Below, piece by piece: positions 52,450 to 64,000 of a stretch of 64,000 bases of DNA (position 1 is its first letter; each line of letters opens with the position of its first letter). The notes beneath the pieces were generated by a model that was not told where the DNA came from, ran no database searches, and saw nothing but the letters and a program-made list of their open reading frames with translations. A program made the position numbers and the translations under genes. Origin of the DNA: Microthyrium microscopicum (lineage: Eukaryota); the NCBI GenBank assembly GCA_010405405.1, contig MU004232.1, positions 267,481 through 331,480 of the forward strand, given 5' to 3'.

Positions 52450-53458
52450 ATGGCACTCACTGGAGCCACGAAAGACGTAGAACTAGGACATATTCGCGAT
52501 GGCTATCCGGCTCTTGCTTCATGGATTGGCCGAGATCCCGACAACGAGAGCTTTGTGTTCAGAAAATTTACAAGAATGAGCGCCAGAAATTTGCTCCATC
52601 TGCAGAGTCGACTGACGGAACTGGAGCGCCAGATTGATGCTCTGGATAAAGCGGCTCGGCATAGCTCCGATTTGGAAGCGAAGCAATCTTCGCGGCGATG
52701 GGAGACGCTCACAAAATATGCCGCTGATGACTCGAGAGGAGAGAAGATACGTTTACAGAAAGTGTTCGAGCTTTCAGAAATGATCAAGCAATACCGTAAG
52801 TAGCCTTACAAGTTACAACTTGAACACTGAACGATGAGTCAGAGGACTGACTTTGGGCGCAGATGAAGCTCTTGTCCTGCAGAACCAAGTATTCAACATG
52901 GAGCGTCCCAGCAACCGCGTTGCCTCCGTCTGTCGCGAATATGTCACCGGAGAAGCCTCAAAGGACACCAAGCTGCCCATAATCAGTGGTCGAGCAAAGG
53001 ACTATCTCTCAGATGCAGCCGATTTGGTTGCCCTTCACAAAGGTGTCGAGGCTGATGTCCTATCGAAAGCACTGAAAGCACATTGGCCAATTCAAAAAAG
53101 ATTGGCACTTGATCCATTCGATCGAACAACAATATACAGCAGTTACCATGTCACCTGGACAGTTTCAGTGATCAGCCTGCTCTCAGCAACAATCCTACTC
53201 ATTGGCGCCATCGTTAGTCTCTATGCGGTAGTAGATCCCAAAGCAAGGTTAGGAATGATTGGGGCATATACGATACTATTTGCTACTAGTATCGCACTGC
53301 TTACGAATGCCAAAAGGGTGGAAGTGTTTGGAGCAACTGCAGCATATGCTGCTGTGCTGGTTGTGTTTGTGTCCGGAAACTTGGGTGGTGGGATTAGCAG
53401 CCAGTGTTTGATACAGGTTGCTGATGGCATATATAAAAACGCTCCATGTCCAGCATGA
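52450..53458 (+). CDS. DUF6594-like fungal membrane protein; exons 52450-52795 and 52863-53458
   Basis: GYPALASWI..FVFRKF..ARNLLHLQSRL..LE..LD at the N-terminus and three C-terminal hydrophobic helices ending EVFGATAAYAAVLVVFVS. The gtaagt..ctgac..gcag intron keeps frame. Confidence 0.85.
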
Positions 53459-53705
53459 TATGAAGTTGGAACAAGAGCCAGGGGCACAAATCCCAAGCGC
53501 TCGCACAAATTTGTAGGATATGTAATTCTTTCGACGAGCTACAAGTAGCAGCCGAGCACCGCCTGTTCTACTCTACAGATATGAACAAGTGAAGACGAAC
53601 GGAGGCAGCCATATCCAAGTCCCACTAGACACAGTTCATCAAGACATCAACTTCTATCTCATGAACCAGGACTTGCCTTTCCCATCAAAAGCAAAACCAA
53701 GGATT

Positions 53706-55462
53706 CTAACCACCGACAATCTTCTCACTTTCATCCTCCTCCGCAACCTTCAATCTCACCACAACCCCATCAGCCGGACAGTCCGTCAACGTCAAATTAT
53801 GTCTAGCGGCATCCGAACTACCACCCTCAATCTCACTATACCGCTGCATCAATCTCACAGTCACATAGCCAGCCTCCGTAAGCGCAAATTGTTGTCCAAT
53901 GCAGATCCGTGGACCGCCGTTGAAAGGCAAATATTCCCACCCACTTCGTTTTCCCGCCCATCGTTCTGGTCGGAAGACATTTGCATCTTCACCCCAGATA
54001 TCGCGTCGTCGGTGCATAACGTACACCATATACACGACCTCCGTACCCTTGGGTATGAAGATAGGCTTGTCGCCCTGAGGCCCACCGCCGCGGGGAAGGC
54101 TGGTGTCGACGATTGCGCGGCGGGCGTTGATGGGGACTACGGGGAACAGACGGAGTGCTTCGTTTAGACACCATTGGAGATAGGTGCAGCTTTTCAACTC
54201 GGCAAAGGTTAGGTTTCGCGGATTTTCGAAGGTTCCGAAATCTTGGAGGATGGTTTTGCGCAGTTTAAGGCGGATGGTTGTGTATTGTGGGTCTGCGAGG
54301 AGGAGGAAGAGCCAGCCGAGGAGGGAAGCGGTTGTGTCGCGGCCTGCGAGGAGGACGTTGAGGAGTTGACTGCGTAGTTCGATGGGATCGCGGGTGGTGA
54401 GCGCTAGGGCGCGGAGGAAGACATACCGTTCATCGTTGAGTTTGTCGTTGAAAGGTGTGTCGTTGCGTGGTTTGTCTTCAGGGTTGTTGTTGATGGGTGT
54501 GTCAAGTGCTAGGCGCACGTAGTAGTCTACATACTCATGGACTTGGCGAGTAAGTGGTTTCAGGCTTGGGCAGAAGATATGCCCTAGCCACCAAAGTGGC
54601 CCAAGTCGTGAGCAGAATGCTATGATGCGCTGGGACTTGTCGAATGCGACGGCAAAGTCGATGTTGACAGGGTGTTTGGGCTTCAGATCATTAGGCTTGA
54701 GGCCATCTGGGAGGAGTGTGAGTTGGCTGTCAGCGCTGTCACCAAAGAGGAACTCAGTGGCGGTGTCGAGCGTCAAGTTGAAGAACAGTGGAAGCAAGTC
54801 AATAGGTTTGGTCTTGCCAGTGTCAGGATCGATAGGGTGGTTGTCGATGACTTTGATTAGAGTTTGCACGTGGCGTTCCTCCGTGGAGAGGTCAGCGACT
54901 TGGTCGCGGGAGAATTGTGGGCGCAGAAGAGCACGCGAATGGGCCCATTGGTCGCCGTCGCTTGTGAACTTGGAGATAATGTTAGGTTTGGTTTCGGATC
55001 TGATATTGGTGCTTTGATGTGCGAAAGAGTACTTACGATACCAACTCCAAGAAGAGGCGCGAATCCACCAGAACGATTCTCACCCAGCGCAAAATCTTTG
55101 AATTGAGTAGCGAGCACCGCCTGGATATTCTTGGGATCGCTGGTGGTGATGCGCCATTCACACGGTGGGCTTCGGACTCGAACGGTTCCTTCTGGACGAC
55201 CGAGGTCTTTCCATGCAGCTTCGAAGCGTGCTATCAGATAATGCGGTAGTCGTTTCGCCTTGTCGGCTTGCAATACATCCCATATCAGACCAATACCGAA
55301 TGGTAGTCTTGCGGGCACAGTGTGTGGCTTTTCGCAACCTAGAGCTAGCGATTGACGGTGATGGCGGCGACAGGTCAGGACAGCCTTGACACTCAGGTGA
55401 AGGACAGCGAGAGCAAGATAGGCAAGAGCCAGAGCGAACAGATGACCAAGTGCTCGATGCAT
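53706..55462 (-). CDS. Cytochrome P450, CYP52 clan (alkane/fatty-acid hydroxylase-like); exons 55462-55037 and 54968-53706
   Basis: N-terminal membrane anchor, [16 protein letters not shown], spliced [38 protein letters not shown] and the heme motif [15 protein letters not shown]. Confidence 0.95.
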
Positions 55463-56025
55463 TTTCACTTTGTCTGTGAGCCTTGTTGGAGTGAGGAAAG
55501 TAATGGATTTTGGATGCAAAGAATTTATAGGAAGACGATTGGGAGCAAAAAACTGGAGTGTTAGGCTATTCTCCAGCAATATCTGCGCTCCATCGTGGTG
55601 GTCCTAGTGGTTCACTTTCAATGGGTCAAATGAGGAAATTGTAGAAGACTAGTAGCAGTAAAGGTGATAGCCAGACCGTGGACACCCGACGAGAGCCTAA
55701 AGCAGGAAGAGCCATTGGGGGATCCAGGTGCTAGTTCTAGGTGAGGTGATTGATATGGCCAGGTGGTTCTCTAGCTCTTCACATATATGGTTGATATTGG
55801 CAACAGCAATGGTGGTTCAAGCTAATAGAGCAGGTGTCTTGCCATGCGGACTGACTTTTCTGATACGCCTGCCACGCGACAGGTCAGTTGGAAAGATGCA
55901 TCTGATATGATACATACCCATAATTTTACATTAGTACTAGCTTCTTTTGTCTAACAGCTCGGAGTTCACACCAGACTCGCCCGTTTCTTTGCCGAAGCCT
56001 TACGAGACCGAGGTTTTATCTCTTC

Positions 56026-57538
<1,513 letters not shown>

Positions 57539-57936
57539 ATTTGAAGTTGGTGTGTAGTGAGATGAAGAGCTTATATTAGGTGATGAAACGGAGATCCATT
57601 CGAGTCGGATGATAAGTTGTGGAAGAAAGTAGCCTAGCCTGTCGAAGAATTGAGAGGTTGAGTGTACTCCTGCAGTCAGTCGCGACCGTGCGCTTTGGAG
57701 GTTGGAAGTCGCGACTCTAGCCCATTTTGGCCCCTTTCTTAGCTAGTAAATAGCCCCTAGTACTTGGATGTTGCTGACAAAGTGCCTTGAGTGCCTAGAC
57801 CTTCAGCGGTAATGGAAGTGATTAGAAAGTCGCCAGGCAACTTCCGCTTCGTCAGCCCATCACCACTCCATTCACCATAAAACCAACATGACTATTCCTC
57901 TACATTCACAAGCTACACACCCTACCAAATCCGAAT

Positions 57937-58977
57937 ATGGCTGACAACTCCAATCAACCTGATATGGACCCGCAGAACAACATGGAGCCAGAACAGGACC
58001 AAATAGAGTTGACAATACACCACCACAACAAGCCTATCACCATAGCTCTTTCAGCAACAGGGACTCTCAGCGATCTCAGCGATCATGTCGCCGCCGAACT
58101 CTCCATACCATCCACAAACCAGAAGTTTCTCATAAGTCCTAAAGTTGGCCTCCTACGCCCGCCCTTCAACAATCCACCAACTCTCGCTTCCCTCACGTCC
58201 AAGAAGATCGTCCTCATGGGTTCCACCACCAGCGAACTCACCACCCTCACAAAATCTATAACTCAAGCTTCTGCATCAATGAACCGCAAGCCAGGTCCCA
58301 TCAAAGCCGCAACACCCGCTCGCACCCGTGATCCCAAACGCGCCCACGCAGACGCTACCTATACCTTCCACAGCATCCGGCCGCTTTCCTACCTTCCGCA
58401 ACCAGATCGCAGTCATGACTTTCTAACGCGACTCGCCAATGATCCAGGCATTAGAGCAGCCATGCGAAAGCACGAATTCAGCGTCGGTCTATTGACAGAG
58501 ATGGATCCAGCAATGCATACAACGCGCGATGGCAAGACCTTGGGCTTAAACCGGAACAAGGGCGAAGTGATTGAGCTACGATTACGCACAGATGCATATG
58601 ACGGGTATAGAGATTACAAAGTGATACGACAAACATTATGCCATGAACTGGCGCATAATGTATGGAGTGACCACGATCGCAACTTTCACAATCTGTGGAA
58701 TGAGATTGAGAAGGAAGTCCAGCGGGAGGACTGGACGAGAGGCGGTCATTCAGTCAGCGGCGAGGAGTTCTATGAACCGCCGAATATGGATGAGGAGCAC
58801 TTTGATGGGGGTGGTTGGACTGGTGGGGAGTTTGTGCTCGGTGGTGCTGGACCCAGTGGTGCCGGGCTTAGTAGGAGGGAGATAATCGCTAAGGCGGTTG
58901 AGGAGAGGATGAAGAAGCAGAGGGACGTGAGTGGCACACCACCGCCGGATAATAATGCTGGACCGTCGAGTTCATGA
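57937..58977 (+). CDS. Ubiquitin-like + WLM (Wss1-like) zinc metalloprotease
   Basis: N-terminal UBL-like region (TLSDL..LSIP..NQK..KIVLMGS), then LANDPGIRAAMRKH.FSVGLLTEM, LGLNRNKGEVIELRLRTD and the HExxH motif LCHELAHNV..HD.NFH. Single exon. Confidence 0.92.
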   Translation: MADNSNQPDMDPQNNMEPEQDQIELTIHHHNKPITIALSATGTLSDLSDHVAAELSIPSTNQKFLISPKVGLLRPPFNNPPTLASLTSKKIVLMGSTTSELTTLTKSITQASASMNRKPGPIKAATPARTRDPKRAHADATYTFHSIRPLSYLPQPDRSHDFLTRLANDPGIRAAMRKHEFSVGLLTEMDPAMHTTRDGKTLGLNRNKGEVIELRLRTDAYDGYRDYKVIRQTLCHELAHNVWSDHDRNFHNLWNEIEKEVQREDWTRGGHSVSGEEFYEPPNMDEEHFDGGGWTGGEFVLGGAGPSGAGLSRREIIAKAVEERMKKQRDVSGTPPPDNNAGPSSS

Positions 58978-59251
58978 GATGCATGAGGCGCGTTGAAGTT
59001 CAGTGAAAGAATACATTTCATCAGCATAGCGAGACTATCTACAGATATTCCACCGGTTGTTTCCCGCATGCCTTTCTACGCCATCCAAAGACCAAAAGAA
59101 ATTGCTGATCATGCCCAGCACATGGCTCGAGTTTAAGATAGGAAAAGAAAAATGCCACCGAGTTTCTGCGCGACGAGTCCTCAGACCAGCGAAATACTTC
59201 GCCAGCTATCCGAGGACGGGCCCCTGGATGAAGTGCGCACCTTCTCCGGGC

Positions 59252-59917
59252 TTAGGCGTTTGGGGAGCCCTCCATATCCATATTCTTCTCAATTCTGGCA
59301 CGAGTACCGCGGAATGCCTGGAGTGCCGTGAAGCTAGTGGTTGCTGCAAACAATAACCTTTTCTCTTGTTAGGCTTTATACTTCCGAATCCACCGCACCA
59401 TGAGAGTGTTTTTCGACATTGGACTTGAAGTCCCTCTTGGGCTGGGACGTGTGATAGGAAAACCACTTACCATTGCAGAGCAGCAAAAGCAGTACCCGCC
59501 TTAGCAACATTGCACACATTTCCAAAACACACCCTCGCACTCAAAAATACAGCAAGCGCCACAAATCCACCGAACCAAAAGGTCATCGTCAACGCCTCAA
59601 CGCCTAGAACGGCGAATTTGTTGGCGAAGGCGGAGTATTGGAAGCGGGAGAGGCTGGTGGTTACGATGTAGGCGAGGGAAAGGAGGGTCCAGACGGAACT
59701 GAAGAGCAGGAAGTTGATTTCGGCAGGGGACATGTCGCGCCAGTATTTGGACCACCAGTTTGCCACTGGGGACTGTTAGTATGGCCTTGGATAGGAGAGC
59801 AGAACCCGCTGGCGTGGGACGATGCATGGACATACCATAGGCAGTGAAGCCGAGAATAACCATGCTGACAGCAGCTTGGAGGCCGCGCAGCGGCATAACG
59901 TGCGATGGCTTGATCAT
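59252..59917 (-). CDS. MARVEL (membrane-associating) four-helix protein; exons 59917-59836, 59767-59471, 59357-59252
   Basis: LRGLQAAVSMVILG..AY, SPAEINFLLFSSVWT, EALTMTFWFGGFVALA, C..AKAGTAFAALQWLLF. The introns keep frame. Confidence 0.88.
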
Positions 59918-61078
59918 GTTGACTGATTTAGTTGATACCGGATCGAGTAGACGATGAAGTTGTATTATGCTGAGAAATATAACGCCAGCGCTGTGTAGAA
60001 GAATGTGAAGAAAGAACGAAGAGAGAAATCACAGAACGAGATTACAGCAGCATAGGGGATGAGTGTGAGGAGTCCGGATTGCAAGTTGGGGCAGTCGATG
60101 TAGAAACTATATGCTAAATGGCCAGCTGTGTATAAACATGTTACCTTTGAGTCTCCAAACCCGATATGTCAGGATTGGTGTCTCTGCTTGCGATGCACAT
60201 GTCGCATAGTCTTTGTGCAGGCAGAGTGTCAGGCTTGTCAGGCCTGGTCTTGGCCCTAGATTTCTGGTAAGACTGGGTCTGATTTGCTTGAGCTCTGCAA
60301 AAGAGTTTCTGGGGCGAGATTGGTGGTTGGTTAGTGGTTGGATGCAATGTGGGTATGAGAGACGGGGGAGTGTGTTTCAGATGTGCTGAGTGTTGGAGAT
60401 CACTTTTTCTGGAAGATGATCGGATTTGCGGTCTCAAGAAAGCTTGTTCATCGATCAATTGTTAGATTCTCTAGTCATCGTCTGTTAGTATTATCTATCT
60501 TTGATCTACCATCTCAGCCCTCCGACCTGATTGTAACTTAGTACTGTACCATGATGATGGAAAGGCTACTGGCAAGGCTGGTGGCGGGAATATTCAACGC
60601 TGATTGGCCAGACCACTCGAAACCTCCAACTTCATCTGTTGGCTGTTCGCTCCATCTTCAAACATCTCCTACTTCATGACTCCTGTTTCCACTAATTTGC
60701 ACACTTTCTGCACTTCTCATGTCTTGTTAAAAGCTTACTGCCACCTCACCTTCCCGCTGTATACCAAGAATCTTGGATTCCTGATGATGCGAACCTCAGT
60801 ACCAACTAGAGCGACTCAGCAGTACCAAGAGAAGCCTTGAAGCTCTTGGTACTTTTTATGTCCACTGGCCTTGTTTGAACACGAAATGAGATGTTTATTT
60901 TGTTACCGTATGCTTCTTCTGAAGCCTGTCGACTCGCTCAAGGGTCATGAAGGCGAATTGTGCCTGGCAGCGTGCAGTAGTCTTTGTCAATATGTGCCCT
61001 TTCTATGATCTTGGATTCTAAAAATGCAGCATATTTTCCGAGTCAGTACCTTGCAAGAAATATCCTTTCATCATATCA

Positions 61079-61447
61079 TTACCCAATCGAGCATAACTTA
61101 TCACTCGTGGTACCAACTCCATTTGCGCGTTGTTTGGTGAGATGTTTCCTCAACTGCATGTCCAATTTCGGCACTCCGCAGGTCATTCTGAGATATCTCT
61201 GGATAACCCGAAAGCTTTTACGGCCCCAGCATAGCCCGGACGTATAGCTGTGTGTCGCATATAGCGGAGAGGGGACTTTGCTCTCATCCGCCATGAACTC
61301 TTGGTCTGAGCAGCGGGGTGTGGTCCCGCTGTCAGTGTCTGACCTCACTTCATCGGCCCGGCATCGAAAGCAATAAATCATTTCGTCGATTTCCCGCGTC
61401 CAAGAGCCTGGAAGTGGAACAAATCTTGTCTTGTAAGGGTCATTCAT
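61079..61447 (-). CDS. Possible hypothetical protein or gene relic
   Basis: 122-codon ATG-initiated ORF ending at a gtaatg donor-like site. No recognisable motif. Confidence 0.25.
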   Translation of the reverse strand: MNDPYKTRFVPLPGSWTREIDEMIYCFRCRADEVRSDTDSGTTPRCSDQEFMADESKVPSPLYATHSYTSGLCWGRKSFRVIQRYLRMTCGVPKLDMQLRKHLTKQRANGVGTTSDKLCSIG

Positions 61448-61729
61448 TCTCTAATCCCTCATAAATTGTCAGAGACTTGCTAAAGGCGGGCCGGCGCCAG
61501 ATACGAGCTTCTCCTGTCGTCAGTAAATTTGCAAGACATGCATCTATTGATGACTTTCCAAATCCCCCGTTGCATATACCACAGCTTCTTTGTTGATCTC
61601 ATTTGAGCTAACAACAGAAGACTGCGAATTTGTGGAATCTGCTCCATGGCCGCCATATTCGCAGTCATACAGAACTTTTGAAGTCAATCTTGGTAAGCTA
61701 CCAACCTGCTGGTTCCAAGGCTAAGATTT

Positions 61730-62255
61730 CAGTTCGGTCCCAAACTCGAGCATTCGCCAAATCGTATATAAGCCGCCATTCCCCCGAAGCAAAAATGCTC
61801 GCGGTCTTGGCGACAAAGTGTACATTTTGACGGCTTGTTTGGTCCCAAACTCGAGCACTCGTCAAATACCAGTAGTACATAGTATATAAACCGCCATGCC
61901 CCCCTCGCAGAGCTACTCGCAGCCTTCTCAGAGCTCACCGGATAAGAGGCCATCCCGTCCTGACTTTGAGCGCTGGACAAATCGCATAAATACGTTTATT
62001 TCCCGAGTGCGGCAAGAAATTTCGCAGCCTTAGCATGGTAACAATTGGAGATGCATTGGATGAGAGACCCTTAGGATGCCAACTCTCAGCACTCGCTAAT
62101 TATATATAAGTCATGACTATCCCAGCGTAGCGGTATCTTGCACAACCTTTGATGGGCTCCAACAGCGCATCGGTTGAGAGCCCGTTGGGTCCCATAAACG
62201 GGCACTTGTCGAACCGCATAAATACCTTCATTTCCCCCGACCCAGCAGAGCTTTC
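61730..62255. repeat. Degenerate array of five ~105-125 bp units
   Basis: The core (g)tccca.act.gagca.tcg..aa..cg.ata.a..c...at..ccc recurs at about 61736, 61841, 61957, 62076 and 62188. Confidence 0.7.
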
Positions 62256-62384
62256 TGCCAACCCTTTACGTCGCCAACTCTAGACATCTGCGACTCAGGA
62301 TGGACGCCAGCAACGGCGCACGTAATACTGACTCATCTCGTGCGTACACATGAAATCACCTGGCAGCCAATCCAGGATTCCCAT

Positions 62385-62790
62385 TCTTTTCAAAACCTCA
62401 TGGTCCGTCCATATGGGCCACTTGGAAATTTTGCTTCCTAAATGGGAGTCAAGGTAAAGTAAAAAATTGTCCGTGAAGCTAATATTACACGCAGAAAAGT
62501 CACAATGGCCAATCCCCAGCGCTGTATCTTTACAAAACGGCCTGATGGGCCACTTGAAAAATCTCTCACCCCGATCGGGAATCAAGGGAGAGCTCCAAAG
62601 TGACCGCCCGCCCAATATTACACGCAGAAAACCCACGATAGCCAATCCGCACCCCTCTATCATTTCAAAACCACATGGCCCGTTCATATGGGCCACTTGG
62701 AAAATCTGTCGTCCCAAACGGGAACCGGCCTCATCCATAATTACACGCAGAAAAGCCACGATAGCCAATCTCATGCCCAATTTCATTACA
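62385..62790. repeat. Degenerate array of three ~130 bp units
   Basis: atgggccacttg(g/a)aaa occurs three times (about 62413, 62545, 62688) and attacacgcagaaaa..cac.at.gccaatc three times (about 62484, 62616, 62740). Confidence 0.85.
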
Positions 62791-64000
62791 TATCTGTGCT
62801 TTCCCGTGATATAACAGAGCATTGAGCAACTGCTAGTGAATTGCGTGCTCAGCACGGTGTTTGCACGGTGTGCTGGAGGCCAGAGGCCGATGCAGAGTTG
62901 GTGACTGAAGGCTGGTGGGTCGTGCGGTTCTGATGGGTATAAAGACTGTCGTTCGCTCTGACTTTGGGGATCTTCCTTTCTCCATCACTTCATTGTCTCT
63001 TGGGATTCCGAGATGGGATGCGCCAATTTTAGGCTTGTTTCTTTGGGTTGTCTCCGTTGAGTGGGACTTATCTTTTTTGTTTGATTCTTTGAGCTGTCTC
63101 CGTTGAGTGAGACTCGCCAGCAACAACTCCCAAACCTGGTGGTCATCAGTCTTCTCTCTGTCGAGGCTTGCATACCAGTGCCCTCCAAAGATCTGCCGAA
63201 AACAAACTCGCGGAGTTGTAGGGCTGGGGCCGGTCCGTAAGTCTTGTTTCTCACTCGTCTTCTCATACCGTTCATGTCTAATTCGTCGTGACTTAGTTGG
63301 TCAACCCAAAACTGGCAGGTGCCATCGCCAAAGTGCTCTCTCTCGAATCCAGGTGGACAGCTGAGGTCGGTTTGTAAGTATAGCAGCTTCATATCATCAT
63401 ACCATTGTTCCATATTCTAACTCGTCGTAGTCGATCATGCCATCGAGCGGGAACCACAAGCATTGTCGACTTCTGTCAGCTCTATCGCGCTACAACGATC
63501 TTCAGGCGTCCTGGAAGATCCCGCCTGACCCTAGAAGTCCTGGTTATGTCCAAGGGTGCAATTCCGACACGGACTTGAACTCCGTCAGGTCTGTCGGTGG
63601 GCTGGTCTGTCGGCAGCTCGAGTCACCTGTCAAGAGCTTGGAATGGCAATACAAGATCTCGGACTAGTCGACCAGGATCTCTCCTGGAACTTCTTCTGAC
63701 CGACTGCGGAAGGTCTTGAGATCCGATGTCTTATGATATACCCCCAGGACGGGGGGTTGCTGTGCTCCGGATCAGAGGATACTCAACCTGCGAAAGAACT
63801 TGGCCACTGCCACCAACTAGCAACAACCGTCAGGACTTGGTCTTGCTCGATCACGAAGATCCGGTCATGAAGTTCAGGATTCGTTCTGCTGAGTTCGACT
63901 TCCGAATTGTGGCTAAAAGGGTCAAGGACTGGCGCTGTCCGGTTGGCGCTTCAATTCCAACCAGCAAACTTATCGTTAAGGAATGCGGGATGTCTGTTGT

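Noticed and set aside
61730..62790. Repeat-spacer arrays as CRISPR
   Set aside because: Eukaryotic context, degenerate repeats, irregular spacing and no cas genes.
62985..64000. Minus-strand ORF 62985-63413 and upstream stop-interrupted frames as a gene or pseudogene
   Set aside because: Composition looks coding-like, but no family was recognised, the frames conflict, and the context is cut by the window edge.

Overview
Eukaryotic DNA from a filamentous ascomycete (Pezizomycotina), judged from short GT-AG introns with CTRAY branch sites and a two-speed layout of GC-balanced genes and AT-rich RIP-mutated blocks. Positions 1-~400 are the end of one RIP block. 7563-24910 is a dead Ty3/Gypsy LTR retrotransposon (152-bp LTRs, ATTTG target duplication). 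A second, opposite-strand chromodomain-bearing Gypsy element (11525-18928, 202-bp LTRs, AATTC duplication) is inserted in its RT region. Supported genes: a SWIRM/Fun19-like protein, a 5'-truncated PAF-acetylhydrolase-like gene, SCD6/Lsm14 with an intronic snR52-like C/D snoRNA, an orphan low-complexity gene interrupted by one TAG, glycogen branching enzyme, mitochondrial ClpX, a 7-knuckle GIS2/CNBP protein, a long coiled-coil protein, a LicD/Mnn4-family protein, a DUF6594-like protein, a CYP52-clan P450, RVB2, a UBL-WLM protease and a MARVEL protein. The least explained part is 26.9-30.2 kb: SCD6's reading frame stays open past its TAG and can be spliced into the orphan gene, which holds a second in-frame TAG and is associated with three 72-nt hairpins showing a compensatory change. 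All assignments come from reading motifs by eye; no database searches were run, and splice models were built by hand.
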